DNA of 64,000 nucleotides from positions 14,374 through 78,373 of the forward strand of contig CAZCHS010000005.1 of assembly GCA_964498725.1 (NCBI GenBank), given 5' to 3'. Position 1 is the stretch's first letter, and each line of letters starts with the position of its first letter. Both the position numbers and the translations under genes were made by a program. The notes beneath the pieces are model-generated. The model did not search any database. It saw only the letters and a program-made list of their open reading frames with translations, and had not been told where the DNA came from. Origin of the DNA: an uncultured bacterium. Its GTDB lineage: Bacteria > Fidelibacterota > UBA2242 > JAFGTP01. Positions 45,179 through 55,402 of the stretch are shown piece by piece.

Positions 45179-45970
45179 ATGAAAAAATTTTTCCTGATCG
45201 TTTTATGCGCCGCACCGCTTTTCGCCGCCTTTGAACTACAGCAGTTGAATACTGAAATCATAGGAACCGGCGGAATTGTCTCTATGCATCCCTTTGGCAA
45301 TAATCCGGGCTTTTTTCCTGACAAATCCACAATGTCCCTCTCTACAAATTACACCAACCTGTTCGGCATCAAGGACCTCCATTGCTGGGATTTCGGCCTT
45401 CAATACAAAATTCGGCCGCACATATCCACCTCTTTTAAAGCCAATTCGGTGGGCAGCGACATTTATCAGGAAAACACCTATTCACTGGCCTATTCCCATC
45501 GTCTGGAAATTCCGGTGGCGGTGGGAGTTTCCATATCTTATTACGATCTGTCAGTCAGTGGATTTTCCAGGGAGCAGGCGGCCGGGTTGAGCAGTGGCAT
45601 CACCTATTACCTGAAAGATAACCTGAAAGCAGCCACTCTCTTTGGCAATGTCAACCGCCCAAGGATCTGCAATAAAAAAGAAGCCCTGCCGGAATTTTTT
45701 GCTTTCGGTGTAAGCTGGCAGGTGAATTCCCTGGTTTCCGTTAGTAGCGAAATATTCAAAGATACCATCTATCCTTTTAATTTTCGTATTGCCGCACAAC
45801 TCCAACCGCTGAAATTCATCAGCCTTTTCACCGGAATGCAAACTGACCCGGATCGCTTTTCCGGCGGTATTTCAATTAAACTCAGCAAGATTCAATTTAC
45901 ATCGGCTTTTCAAACTCATTTAAAACTACCAAATACTTATTACTTCGGATGTTCCTTTATGAAAAAATAG
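45179..45970 (+). CDS. putative outer-membrane beta-barrel protein
   Basis: 263 aa with a signal peptide (LCAAPLFAAFE). It has the N-proximal motif GTGGIVSMHPFGNNPGFF, like the NPA-type motif in the 29530-30683 protein. The sequence has an alternating beta-strand character. No family recognised with certainty. Confidence 0.45.
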   Translation: MKKFFLIVLCAAPLFAAFELQQLNTEIIGTGGIVSMHPFGNNPGFFPDKSTMSLSTNYTNLFGIKDLHCWDFGLQYKIRPHISTSFKANSVGSDIYQENTYSLAYSHRLEIPVAVGVSISYYDLSVSGFSREQAAGLSSGITYYLKDNLKAATLFGNVNRPRICNKKEALPEFFAFGVSWQVNSLVSVSSEIFKDTIYPFNFRIAAQLQPLKFISLFTGMQTDPDRFSGGISIKLSKIQFTSAFQTHLKLPNTYYFGCSFMKK

Positions 45971-45972
45971 TG

Positions 45973-47742
45973 ATGCTGGTTTTATTCAGCAGCTTCAGTC
46001 TGGTGGCGGCGGAGATCACGGAATTGATCAATGATGGTTACATTGAGATCAATAGCGACAATGAAGCCGAATACGAAAGTATGCTCATCGAATACATTGA
46101 TCATCCGCTGCTATGGGAAGAAACCGGACAAAAAGCAATTGAAGATTTACCGGTTAATTATTTTTTACAATCCTCTCTGGTTCTCTTTCATAAAAATAAT
46201 AAATCCATTAAATCCTGGCGTGAATTTCAGGAAAAATCCGGCTTTTCTCATCTGGAAATGGAAACCATTAAGTTATTTTTCCGACTTCAAAAACCTGAAA
46301 CTATCTCTTTTAAACTCTACAATTTCAATGAACTTCGTAAAGATGAGCAATTTGTCCTTCATAAAAATCTATTGCGGTTTGTGGCGCGTCATCCCGGCAA
46401 CTGGCAGTTCAGAGCTGTTGCCGAACGGGACCGGGGAGAACCGCATATTTATGACCACAAAAATTTTGCCCTTAGCAGTCCCCCGGTTTTTAACAACCAA
46501 CTGCAAATCTGGCTGGGGTCATTTCGCTTGAACTGGGGAACCGGCCTTTTTTATAATTCTAATCCCATGAATCTGATGCTAAATACCGGAACCCCCTCGC
46601 TGTACCGCGCCAGTTCACAATTTCGCTCCTACGGCGGCAGTGATGAAAGCAATTATCTGTTTGGCACCGCCATAAAACTAGCGACAAAATCTGTCAATTT
46701 TTTCTCTTTCTACGCAAAGAACCGGCTGGATTGCCGGTTTGAAGGGCCTTCCGTATCGTCGGTTGACATGACCGGCTTTCACAGCACTGAGTTGCAATTG
46801 GAAAACCGGGACAAACTGCGAAAAAGCAGCTATGCCCTGGGAATTAACAAAATATTTGACAATCTTGAATTTGGTGTGCTTTTTCACAGGTCTGATTTCA
46901 ATTATCCGCTTTTGAATTTTGACAACAAACAACAATTAACCGGGATCAGTGGCTACCATAGCTGGCAGTCCGCTGCCTTTTCTATATCGGGAGAAATTGC
47001 CGTAGCTGGTAATCGGACTATCGGACTGACCCAATCCCTGCAATACCGTACAAAAGAATTCAGATTGGGTATTGGCGCCCGTTATATTGAGCCGGGCTTC
47101 CATTCTTTTTCCGGCAGCATTCTGCGTAATTTCGGTGGTCAGGTGGAAAATGAAAAAGGCTATTACGCCTTCATTGGCCTGAAGCCGGGAAAGTTCACAA
47201 AAATCGCTTTTTATTCCGATTACTATAGCCGGATAATACCGGCTGCGATTGGCGCTGATCTTGACAGAGGCAGTGACAGCGGATTCTATCTGCGACAAAG
47301 AACCGGCGGCCGCGGCAGCATGGAGTTTAAAATTTCCCGGAAAAATGATACCCAAACCATAAAAACAACCTATAGTTTGCGGGTCAAAACCCGGGTTAAT
47401 AGAAATATTTCACTAAATAACCGTGTGATACTGATCAGCGCCACCGATGGAAAGGAATCGGACCAGGCATACAACAGCTATTTGAATATGGAATTCAACA
47501 GGATTGATCTGAATTTTGGGACAACTCATTATTTCGCTGACCAATATCGTATTTACCTCTATGAACCCGGAATTCCCTTTCGATTCAACATGGTCTCATT
47601 AGGCGGAAGCGGCCATCATTACTTTGTGGCCATACAATATCATTTCAACCCGTCTATCGAGTGCTATTTTACCGCCCGACAGTACACAAAAGCACTTTCC
47701 GACAAATATTCCCTTCAATTACAATTGTTAGTTGCTTTATGA
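45973..47742 (+). CDS. hypothetical secreted/outer-membrane-associated protein (about 590 aa)
   Basis: It is a long uninterrupted ORF. The in-frame ATG at 45973 gives MLVLFSSFSLVAAEI, which looks like a signal peptide. The C-terminal two thirds are beta-rich. No family recognised. The tracked start at 45949 is also possible. Confidence 0.5.
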   Translation: MLVLFSSFSLVAAEITELINDGYIEINSDNEAEYESMLIEYIDHPLLWEETGQKAIEDLPVNYFLQSSLVLFHKNNKSIKSWREFQEKSGFSHLEMETIKLFFRLQKPETISFKLYNFNELRKDEQFVLHKNLLRFVARHPGNWQFRAVAERDRGEPHIYDHKNFALSSPPVFNNQLQIWLGSFRLNWGTGLFYNSNPMNLMLNTGTPSLYRASSQFRSYGGSDESNYLFGTAIKLATKSVNFFSFYAKNRLDCRFEGPSVSSVDMTGFHSTELQLENRDKLRKSSYALGINKIFDNLEFGVLFHRSDFNYPLLNFDNKQQLTGISGYHSWQSAAFSISGEIAVAGNRTIGLTQSLQYRTKEFRLGIGARYIEPGFHSFSGSILRNFGGQVENEKGYYAFIGLKPGKFTKIAFYSDYYSRIIPAAIGADLDRGSDSGFYLRQRTGGRGSMEFKISRKNDTQTIKTTYSLRVKTRVNRNISLNNRVILISATDGKESDQAYNSYLNMEFNRIDLNFGTTHYFADQYRIYLYEPGIPFRFNMVSLGGSGHHYFVAIQYHFNPSIECYFTARQYTKALSDKYSLQLQLLVAL

Positions 47743-47768
47743 CCGCGGGATTATTAATTTTGTAGGCA

Positions 47769-49298
47769 ATGTATCGAAAAATACTATTAATAATAATCTT
47801 GTTGGTTTCAACATCATTATTCGCTGACTTGCAAATGCAAATCGGGAATAATAAAGAAATAAATATTAAAACTGTCTATTTTGGTGAGACCGCTTATTAT
47901 TCCGCTAACCGTTTGGCAGAAGAATACAATATCCGTATTTATAATCGCAAGGCAACGGGAAAATTTGTATTTTACTTTCCAAAAAATAAGGTTAAGGTAA
48001 CCGCCAACAGTTCCTTTATCATGGTGGACCAGAATATCATACACATGATATCCCCGGCGATTCAGGCCGGTCAGGAAATTTTTGTGCCGGTGCACTCATT
48101 CAATGATGTACTGAAAAAATATATTTATTCCGATCTCACCTACACTTTTGTGGAAGATGATCATCCATTGATCTTCGCTGTTCCCGGTGAAAAACCTGAA
48201 CAAGAGGTGGCTGCAGCCGAACCGGGTGAAGTCTATATTAAGGATATTGACTTTGAAGAGAAAAAGAATGGAACTGTTATCATTTTGAAAACCAATGGAA
48301 CTTTTTCCAGCCAGGACTACTCCTATTTTTTCAAGGACAACAGTTACTATTACTTTACAATATATAAATGCAAGGGTAATGAAAAACGGTTTTCCGAACA
48401 AAATCCCACCAGTTCCATTGCATACACCCGTTTGATATCCAATCAAAATTCCACACAGATCATATTCAAACTCAATGAAGACTTTAATTCTTCCGATGTT
48501 CATTTTGATCCCAAAACCAGGGAATTCACGATCTCCTTATTTCTTCCGCTGAACGAAGAGATCAAAGAAAAAATTGCCAATGCCAAGAAAACATGGATCG
48601 TCGATACAATTGTTCTGGACCCCGGTCACGGCGGTAAAGACCCGGGTACACCCGGCCGCTGGAATTTCATGCATGAAAAAGATATTGTCCTGGATGTTGT
48701 ACTCCGGTTAGGTCGCCTGCTGGAAAAAGAAACCGACCTGAATGTGGTTTACACCCGCAAAACCGATACATTTGTTCCTTTGTGGAAACGGACACAAATC
48801 GCCAATCAGTCCAACGGGAAACTCTTTATTAGTTTTCATGTCAATGCCGCCGGCAGTAAATACGCCCGGGGATTTGAAACCTACCTCCTGCGCCCGGGAC
48901 GCTCTCGGGACGCGATCAAGGTGGCGGAAGCAGAAAATGCCGTCATCAAAATGGAATCCCAGGAAGATAAAGAGAAATATGCAGATTACGACAATATTTC
49001 CAATATTATTGCCAACATGGTCCATTCCACCAACATGAAGGATTCAGAAAATTTTGCCGAGATTTTGTCCAATAATTTCGCTCAAAAGGTTAAACAAAAA
49101 AATCGCGGTGTCAAACAAGCCGGATTTTATGTTCTTGTTGGCGCATCCATGCCCAAAGTTCTGGTTGAATTGGGATATAATACCAATTGGTCCGAAGCCA
49201 AACAATTGAACTCCCGGCGCTACCGACAACTGATTGCTGAAACAATTTTTGACAGTATCTTAGAATTTAAAATAAAAAGCGACAACAGCATGGAATAA
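47769..49298 (+). CDS. N-acetylmuramoyl-L-alanine amidase (Amidase_3 type) with long N-terminal domain
   Basis: 509 aa. The catalytic domain shows IVLDPGHGGKDPGTPG, ISFHVNA, GFETYLL and GVKQAGFYVLVGASMPKVLVELGYNTN. Confidence 0.85.
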   Translation: MYRKILLIIILLVSTSLFADLQMQIGNNKEINIKTVYFGETAYYSANRLAEEYNIRIYNRKATGKFVFYFPKNKVKVTANSSFIMVDQNIIHMISPAIQAGQEIFVPVHSFNDVLKKYIYSDLTYTFVEDDHPLIFAVPGEKPEQEVAAAEPGEVYIKDIDFEEKKNGTVIILKTNGTFSSQDYSYFFKDNSYYYFTIYKCKGNEKRFSEQNPTSSIAYTRLISNQNSTQIIFKLNEDFNSSDVHFDPKTREFTISLFLPLNEEIKEKIANAKKTWIVDTIVLDPGHGGKDPGTPGRWNFMHEKDIVLDVVLRLGRLLEKETDLNVVYTRKTDTFVPLWKRTQIANQSNGKLFISFHVNAAGSKYARGFETYLLRPGRSRDAIKVAEAENAVIKMESQEDKEKYADYDNISNIIANMVHSTNMKDSENFAEILSNNFAQKVKQKNRGVKQAGFYVLVGASMPKVLVELGYNTNWSEAKQLNSRRYRQLIAETIFDSILEFKIKSDNSME

Positions 49299-49299
49299 T

Positions 49300-50727
49300 A
49301 TGGACTTAACGAACTACCTGGCCAAAGCCGGCCTTTCCAAACAAAAACACAGCATTAAAAAAATCTTCTTTTTCCGTATTTGCGGTACGGGTATGGGAAC
49401 CGCCGCGATCATGTTAAAAAATGCCGGTTTTCATGTGGAAGGCTATGATCGCGAATACTCGCCACCCATGAGCACTTACCTAAAATCCACAAAAATCCCC
49501 CTGCATAAAGATATTTCCCAGGAATTGCTTACTCAATTTGACCTGGTGGTTACCGGCAATGTGGTACGCAAAGATTCCGAAGATGCTCATTTTATCGAAC
49601 GGTCAGGCGTAAAATTTGCCTCTTTTCCGGCTACACTTGGCGCTTTGGTGCTCGATAATCTGGAAGTTATCGGAATTGCCGGGACGCACGGTAAAACAAC
49701 CACCACCTGGCTGGCCACCCAAATCTACGAAAACCTGGGTGAAGATCCCGGCTATTTTATCGGCGGCGTTTTGGAGGGCCGTGACTCCGGTAAAATCGGC
49801 AGCGGCAAATTCTTCATTGAATCCGATGAATATGATTGCGCTTATTTTGAAAAAGTCTCCAAATTTCAGAAATACGCCATCGATCATTTGTTGTTGACTT
49901 CCCTGGAATTCGACCATGCTGATATTTTTAACAGCCTTGATGATATTGTTGATGAATTTAAACTGCTGCTGCCCACTGTCAATGGAAAACTCATTGCAAA
50001 CAATGAATATCCTGCTATCGAGCAATTAAAAAAAATGAAGATTACAAAAGCCCGGTGGTTTTTTTACGGACCACAATCATCAGCCGGCCCGGAAATACTC
50101 AACTCCAATATCAGCGGAACAAAATTCAAACTGACCCTTGATAAGGATTACCGTTTCAAAACCAATCTCACCGGTTATCACAATATCCTCAATTTATCGG
50201 CGGTTTTGATCTTTGCGCTTCAGGATGGACATCAGCCGGAACAATTAAACAGGGCCATTGCAAATTTAAAAATGGTAAAACGCCGGCAGGAATACCTGGG
50301 CACTTACAATGGCAGTATTGTGATTGATGATTTCGCTCACCATCCCCGGGCGGTTTCACTGACAATCGACGCCATTAAAGAAAAATATCCCGGCAAAGAA
50401 GTGATCACTTTTCTGGAACCCAGAAGCGCGACCGCCCGCAGCGATATCTTTCAGCAGGAATTTACCGAAGCGCTGAAAAAGAGCGACCAGGTGGTCCTGA
50501 TCCAGCCGATTTCCACCACTGTAAAATTCGCTAAGGATCTGGACACCAGAAAAATGGCGTCAGAATTGAATGAACAAAATATCCCCACAATAATTGTTAC
50601 AAAATTAACCCAGTTAGAAGCGGCTCTCATAGAATATGCCACGCCGAATCGGCTTATACTATTTTTATCAAATTCCACCTGCTTAGGGCTATGGAAATCA
50701 GATTTTATGCAAAAAATCAAACAATAA
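49300..50727 (+). CDS. mpl: UDP-N-acetylmuramate:L-alanyl-gamma-D-glutamyl-meso-diaminopimelate ligase
   Basis: 475 aa. ICGTGMGTAAIML, YSPPMSTYL, GIAGTHGKTTTT, ESDEYDCAYFEKVSKFQKY, LEFDHADIF and DDFAHHP closely match E. coli Mpl blocks as I recall them. Confidence 0.8.
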   Translation: MDLTNYLAKAGLSKQKHSIKKIFFFRICGTGMGTAAIMLKNAGFHVEGYDREYSPPMSTYLKSTKIPLHKDISQELLTQFDLVVTGNVVRKDSEDAHFIERSGVKFASFPATLGALVLDNLEVIGIAGTHGKTTTTWLATQIYENLGEDPGYFIGGVLEGRDSGKIGSGKFFIESDEYDCAYFEKVSKFQKYAIDHLLLTSLEFDHADIFNSLDDIVDEFKLLLPTVNGKLIANNEYPAIEQLKKMKITKARWFFYGPQSSAGPEILNSNISGTKFKLTLDKDYRFKTNLTGYHNILNLSAVLIFALQDGHQPEQLNRAIANLKMVKRRQEYLGTYNGSIVIDDFAHHPRAVSLTIDAIKEKYPGKEVITFLEPRSATARSDIFQQEFTEALKKSDQVVLIQPISTTVKFAKDLDTRKMASELNEQNIPTIIVTKLTQLEAALIEYATPNRLILFLSNSTCLGLWKSDFMQKIKQ

Positions 50728-52016
50728 TGTCAAACCAACTGTCACAAAAACTGGAAAAACTCTATAGCCTCAGGGCGCGGGGAATCAAACCCGGATTAAG
50801 CCGGATCAATAAATTATTGGACCATATCGGTCGTCCCGAGACCAACTATCCCATCATCCATGTTGCCGGCACCAACGGAAAAGGCTCAAGTTGCCGGATA
50901 ATGCAGAGTATCCTGACTGCGGCCGGCTACCGCACCGGGCTTTATACCTCTCCCCATTTGCTGCGGTTCAACGAACGCATCAGGATTGATGATGTTGAAA
51001 TCTCAGACCGTGAGCTGTTGCGGCTTTTTGAAAAATTTGCGGACTTTATGGACATCAGCAAAGCCTCGTTTTTTGAAATAACCACAGCTATGGCGCTGGA
51101 CTATTTCCGAGAGCAATCTGTTGATATAGCCGTGCTGGAAGTGGGGCTTGGCGGCCGGTTTGACGCCACTAATGCGGTGACGCCCAAACTCAGTGTTGTC
51201 ACGGCCATCGGCATGGACCATGAAGAATATTTAGGCAATACAATTGAATCTGTCACTTTTGAAAAAGCCGGCATTATTAAAGCGGGCATTCCTGTGGTAA
51301 TTGGCCGGCAAACTGACCCCAAAATCGTAAAAATATTACAAAATATATCAAAAAGAAGAAATTCTGAATTTTTTTCAGTATCAGATGCTTGTATTATTGA
51401 TGAGAAAGAATTAAGTTTGGGATGTTCAAAATTAAGCCTTCAGATTTTTAACCAGTTTTTTCAAAATATTAATTACCCATTATCAGGCACCCATATGCTT
51501 GATAATTTATTAACCGCCCTGACTGCGCTTTCGGTTTTTCCGGGCCACATACTTTCCGGAAAAACAATTAATTCAGGCTTACACAATCTTAATAATCCGG
51601 GACGTTTTGAACTCATTAGCCAAAATCCTGTAATTATCTATGACGTAGCTCATAATATCTCTGGCATAAAAATAACAATTGAAACAATTAGGAAATATTT
51701 TCCGCAGATAGAGATAGACGTATTGATCAGCATGAAAGCAACAAAGAACCTTGACACCCTTGGTCAGTTACTAAAAAAATTAAATGGAAAAGTCTACGTT
51801 ACTGAAATGGAATCTGTTGAATCTAAGAAAGTTAGCGAGTTACACGAAAGTTTAAACACACACATCGATGCAGACAAAATCATTCAAAATAAAAATTTAA
51901 AGACAACATTAAATGAAGCGATCTCAAACCGAAAAACACCATTACTAATTCTAGGCAGCCACTATATGGCCGGGAGTATTTACAGTTTTCAAAAAAAGAA
52001 TTTGACAAAAAACTAA
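50727..52016 (+). CDS. folC: bifunctional folylpolyglutamate synthase/dihydrofolate synthase
   Basis: IHVAGTNGKGSSCRIMQSIL, LYTSPHLLRFNERIRI and LEVGLGGRFDATN are present. The ATG at 50727 overlaps the mpl TAA by 1 nt (TAATG). Confidence 0.85.
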   Translation: MSNQLSQKLEKLYSLRARGIKPGLSRINKLLDHIGRPETNYPIIHVAGTNGKGSSCRIMQSILTAAGYRTGLYTSPHLLRFNERIRIDDVEISDRELLRLFEKFADFMDISKASFFEITTAMALDYFREQSVDIAVLEVGLGGRFDATNAVTPKLSVVTAIGMDHEEYLGNTIESVTFEKAGIIKAGIPVVIGRQTDPKIVKILQNISKRRNSEFFSVSDACIIDEKELSLGCSKLSLQIFNQFFQNINYPLSGTHMLDNLLTALTALSVFPGHILSGKTINSGLHNLNNPGRFELISQNPVIIYDVAHNISGIKITIETIRKYFPQIEIDVLISMKATKNLDTLGQLLKKLNGKVYVTEMESVESKKVSELHESLNTHIDADKIIQNKNLKTTLNEAISNRKTPLLILGSHYMAGSIYSFQKKNLTKN

Positions 52017-52121
52017 ATTACTGATAGTTTTTAACATACACTCGGAAACTCCTTATCAAATACTCGCCTAATATATTTAGCAGTGTAAAAATTTATCAAT
52101 AATAATACAAAGGAAATCAAA

Positions 52122-53381
52122 ATGGACAAGAAGTTGGACATCACCTCTCTTAAGAATATGAAACTTAAGGAACTTTCAGATGTTGCACAGGAATTAGAAA
52201 TCAAGAAGTGGCAGGGGCTTAAGAAACCCAGCCTGATTTATAAAATCCTTAAAGCGCTTGCAGAAAAAAACGGGAAAATCTTTGCCGGCGGAATTTTAGA
52301 AGTTATGCCCGATGGATTCGGATTTTTACGCTCCGAGGAATTCAGTTACCTGGCGTCACCGGAAGATATTTACGTTTCACCGTCACAAATCAAAAAATTC
52401 GGCCTCAGAACCGGCCATAAAATCTATGGACAGGTCAGGCCCCCGAAGGATAAGGAACGCTATTTCGCTCTCTTAAAAATTGATGCGGTTAATATGATGG
52501 CTCCCCAGGAAATCAAAGCAATTAAAAGATTTGACAAACTGACGCCCCTTTATCCCCAAAGCAGAGTTCAGCTGGAAACCGATGCCAAAGGATATTCCAT
52601 GCGAATTATGGACATGTTGTGTCCCATTGGCAAGGGCCAGAGGGGATTAATCGTTGCGCAGCCGAAAACCGGTAAAACCATTCTGCTCCAGCAAATCGCC
52701 AACAGCATTACCACCAATCATCCGGAAATTATTTTACTGGTTTTGTTAATTGATGAACGTCCCGAAGAAGTAACTGACATGGAACGTTCGGTTGAAGCGG
52801 AAGTGATCAGTTCAACCTTTGACGAACCACCGGAACGACACGTGCAGGTGGCTGATATGGTATTGGAAAAAGCCAAACGCCTGGTTGAGTTGGGATTTCA
52901 TGTTGTCATTCTGCTCGACAGTATTACCCGTCTCGGACGTGCCCACAACGCTGTTGTACCTCACAGTGGAAAAATTCTGTCCGGTGGTATTGATGCCAAT
53001 GCCATGCACAAACCCAAACGATTCTTCGGCGCCGCCAGAAATGTGGAAGAAGGCGGAAGTTTAACAATTATCGCCACCGCCCTGATCGATACCGGAAGTC
53101 GCATGGACGATGTGATTTTTGAAGAATTCAAGGGAACCGGTAATATGGAACTGGCTCTCGACAGATCCCTGAGTAATCGCCGTGTTTTTCCGGCCATCGA
53201 TGTCAATGCTTCCAGTACACGAAAAGAAGAATTGCTATTATCAGCGACAGAACTGGCCCGAATATGGATCATTCGCAAATTGCTGAGTGAATTAAAGCCC
53301 GTGGAAGCAATGGAATTCCTGCTGAACAAAATGAAACGGACAAAAAGCAATCGTGAATTTTTAAAATCCATGAATCAATAA
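52122..53381 (+). CDS. rho: transcription termination factor Rho
   Basis: 419 aa, with [14 protein letters not shown], the Walker A region [30 protein letters not shown] and VFPAIDV. Confidence 0.97.
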   Translation: MDKKLDITSLKNMKLKELSDVAQELEIKKWQGLKKPSLIYKILKALAEKNGKIFAGGILEVMPDGFGFLRSEEFSYLASPEDIYVSPSQIKKFGLRTGHKIYGQVRPPKDKERYFALLKIDAVNMMAPQEIKAIKRFDKLTPLYPQSRVQLETDAKGYSMRIMDMLCPIGKGQRGLIVAQPKTGKTILLQQIANSITTNHPEIILLVLLIDERPEEVTDMERSVEAEVISSTFDEPPERHVQVADMVLEKAKRLVELGFHVVILLDSITRLGRAHNAVVPHSGKILSGGIDANAMHKPKRFFGAARNVEEGGSLTIIATALIDTGSRMDDVIFEEFKGTGNMELALDRSLSNRRVFPAIDVNASSTRKEELLLSATELARIWIIRKLLSELKPVEAMEFLLNKMKRTKSNREFLKSMNQ

Positions 53382-53397
53382 AATCTCACTTATATAG

Positions 53398-53426
53398 AAG
53401 CCCAATAACAAACATTGGGCTTTTTT
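53398..53426 (+). terminator. intrinsic terminator after rho
   Basis: AAGCCCAAT aacaaac ATTGGGCTT is followed by TTTT. Confidence 0.8.
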
Positions 53427-53509
53427 GATTCAAAATTTTTGTTAAATTCTTTGCGTATTACAGGTCATCTATTGTATTATTAGACATTAACCGAAAGAAT
53501 GCAAATTCC

Positions 53510-55399
53510 ATGAATAAAAAACCAGATATTCAGCAAATAGAAAAAGAGAACCGGCAACTAAAACAAAAACTAAAATACTATTCTTCCCTGTTACAAAACC
53601 AGAATGATGCGGTAATTATTCATGATTTTGACGGTAATATTATTGCCTGGGACAAAGGTGCAGAAACTATTTTTGGCTGGGAACAGAAGGAATTACTATC
53701 TTCTTCAATTTACGATATTATTCCCATTGATAAACGCGATGATTACAAAACTTTTGTTCAACAGGTGAAAAGCGGCGAAGATCTGGATTATTTTGAAACC
53801 CAAAAAATTGCCAAAGACAACAAAGTCCGGGATGTATGGTTGACTTATAAAGTGCTTGGCGGGGAAAACCCCAATGCCATTGCCACAACTGAGCGGGATA
53901 TTACGGAACGGAAAAAAGCCGCTGAAACGATCCGCAAAAGCGAAGAAAAATACCAGACCCTGCTAAACTCTCTGGGTGATGGTGTCATACTACTCGATGA
54001 TAATTTTGAAATCATTCTCACCAACCCGGCGGCTGAGAAAATTCTATTCCTTTCCGAAGAAGATAGGTCACCAATTAATATTCGGGAATTTCTTGACCAA
54101 AAACACCTGGATATTTTACGGGAGCACTTGCTGGAGCACCGCGGAGAAGTCGATACCTTTGAATTGGAAATTACCCGTAAAGATGGAGAACCGCGACTCA
54201 TTCAAATCACCCTCTCCACGCCAAAAGAACAATTGGAAGAAGAAGAAAACACCCTCTGCATTATTCGTGATGTCACTGATATACGAAAAATGGAAGAAGA
54301 CCTGATAAAGACCGATAAACTGGAATCCCTTGGTTTGCTGGCTGGCGGCATTGCCCATGATTTTAATAATATCCTCTCCATAATCAACGGCAATATTACT
54401 TTGGCCAAAATGGTGATGGATAACAAAGAAAAACTCACCGAACGTCTGGACAGAATTGCTACCGCTAACGAACGCGCCAAGCAATTAACCACCCAGATCA
54501 GCACACTTTCAAAAGGTCACTCCGTCAATAAGATGCAAATTTCTCCGGAAAAACTGGTCAAAGAATCCATCAATCTCACATTGAAAACAAAAAAAGTAGA
54601 TTACTCACTGGATATCGATGAAAACCTGCCCACCTTTCTGGCTGATGAAGGCCAGTTGAGCCAGGTGTTAAACAATCTCTTTATCAATGCCTCCCATGCC
54701 ATTGACCAAAGAACCGGGAAAGTCCGGATCAGTGTCAATCAGGTGGCCCTTAAACCGGAAAATCAGTATACGCTTCCTCCCGGCGATTATATTAAAATCC
54801 AGGTCAAAGATAACGGCTGTGGTATTCCCGAACAAAATCTCAAGAAAATTTTCGATCCCTACTTCACTACCAAGCAAACCGGCACTGGGCTGGGGCTGAG
54901 TACTTCAATTTCTATCATTAACAAGCACAAGGGAAAAATGACTGTTGATTCCAAAGTCAATGTTGGTACTACCTTTGATATTATTTTACCTATTACACAG
55001 CGGGACAGAAAGCACCGGGAAGAAACCCTTTTTAAGAGCAATGGAACTGTTCTTTTTATGGATGATGAAGACTCCATTAACTCGATAGCGGAACTGTTTT
55101 TTAAAAAGCTCAACTATGAAATCAGCCTGGCTAAAGAAGGGCAGGAAGCGGTTGATCTTTATAAAAAACATCTTGATAAAGGAAAGCCCTTTGATTATGT
55201 CTTTCTGGATCTGAATATTCCCAATGGAATGGATGGGTTTGAATGTGCCGAAGAATTGTTAAAACTTAATCCCGATGCCAAAATCATTGCCGTCAGCGGC
55301 AACCTGGTGCTGTCAAAATATAAACAGCACGGTTTTATCAAAGCTCTGAAAAAGCCCTTTCGAATTTCAAATATTCAAACTATTTTAAAAGAAATTTAA
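53510..55399 (+). CDS. hybrid sensor histidine kinase (PAS-PAS-HisKA-HATPase-receiver)
   Basis: 629 aa. It has two PAS-like regions (each ending in TERDITERK or IIRDVTDIRK), the H-box LAGGIAHDFNNIL, the N box NLFINASHA, G boxes DNGCGI and GTGLGL, and a C-terminal receiver domain (VLFMDDE...FLDLNIPNGMDG...KKPF). Confidence 0.9.
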   Translation: MNKKPDIQQIEKENRQLKQKLKYYSSLLQNQNDAVIIHDFDGNIIAWDKGAETIFGWEQKELLSSSIYDIIPIDKRDDYKTFVQQVKSGEDLDYFETQKIAKDNKVRDVWLTYKVLGGENPNAIATTERDITERKKAAETIRKSEEKYQTLLNSLGDGVILLDDNFEIILTNPAAEKILFLSEEDRSPINIREFLDQKHLDILREHLLEHRGEVDTFELEITRKDGEPRLIQITLSTPKEQLEEEENTLCIIRDVTDIRKMEEDLIKTDKLESLGLLAGGIAHDFNNILSIINGNITLAKMVMDNKEKLTERLDRIATANERAKQLTTQISTLSKGHSVNKMQISPEKLVKESINLTLKTKKVDYSLDIDENLPTFLADEGQLSQVLNNLFINASHAIDQRTGKVRISVNQVALKPENQYTLPPGDYIKIQVKDNGCGIPEQNLKKIFDPYFTTKQTGTGLGLSTSISIINKHKGKMTVDSKVNVGTTFDIILPITQRDRKHREETLFKSNGTVLFMDDEDSINSIAELFFKKLNYEISLAKEGQEAVDLYKKHLDKGKPFDYVFLDLNIPNGMDGFECAEELLKLNPDAKIIAVSGNLVLSKYKQHGFIKALKKPFRISNIQTILKEI

Positions 55400-55402
55400 G
55401 TG

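Noticed and set aside
46031-46531. A 166-aa ORF lies in an alternative + frame inside the 45949-47742 gene.
   Set aside because: It is fully nested in a much longer uninterrupted ORF with a signal peptide. Its sequence is low-complexity with no motif.
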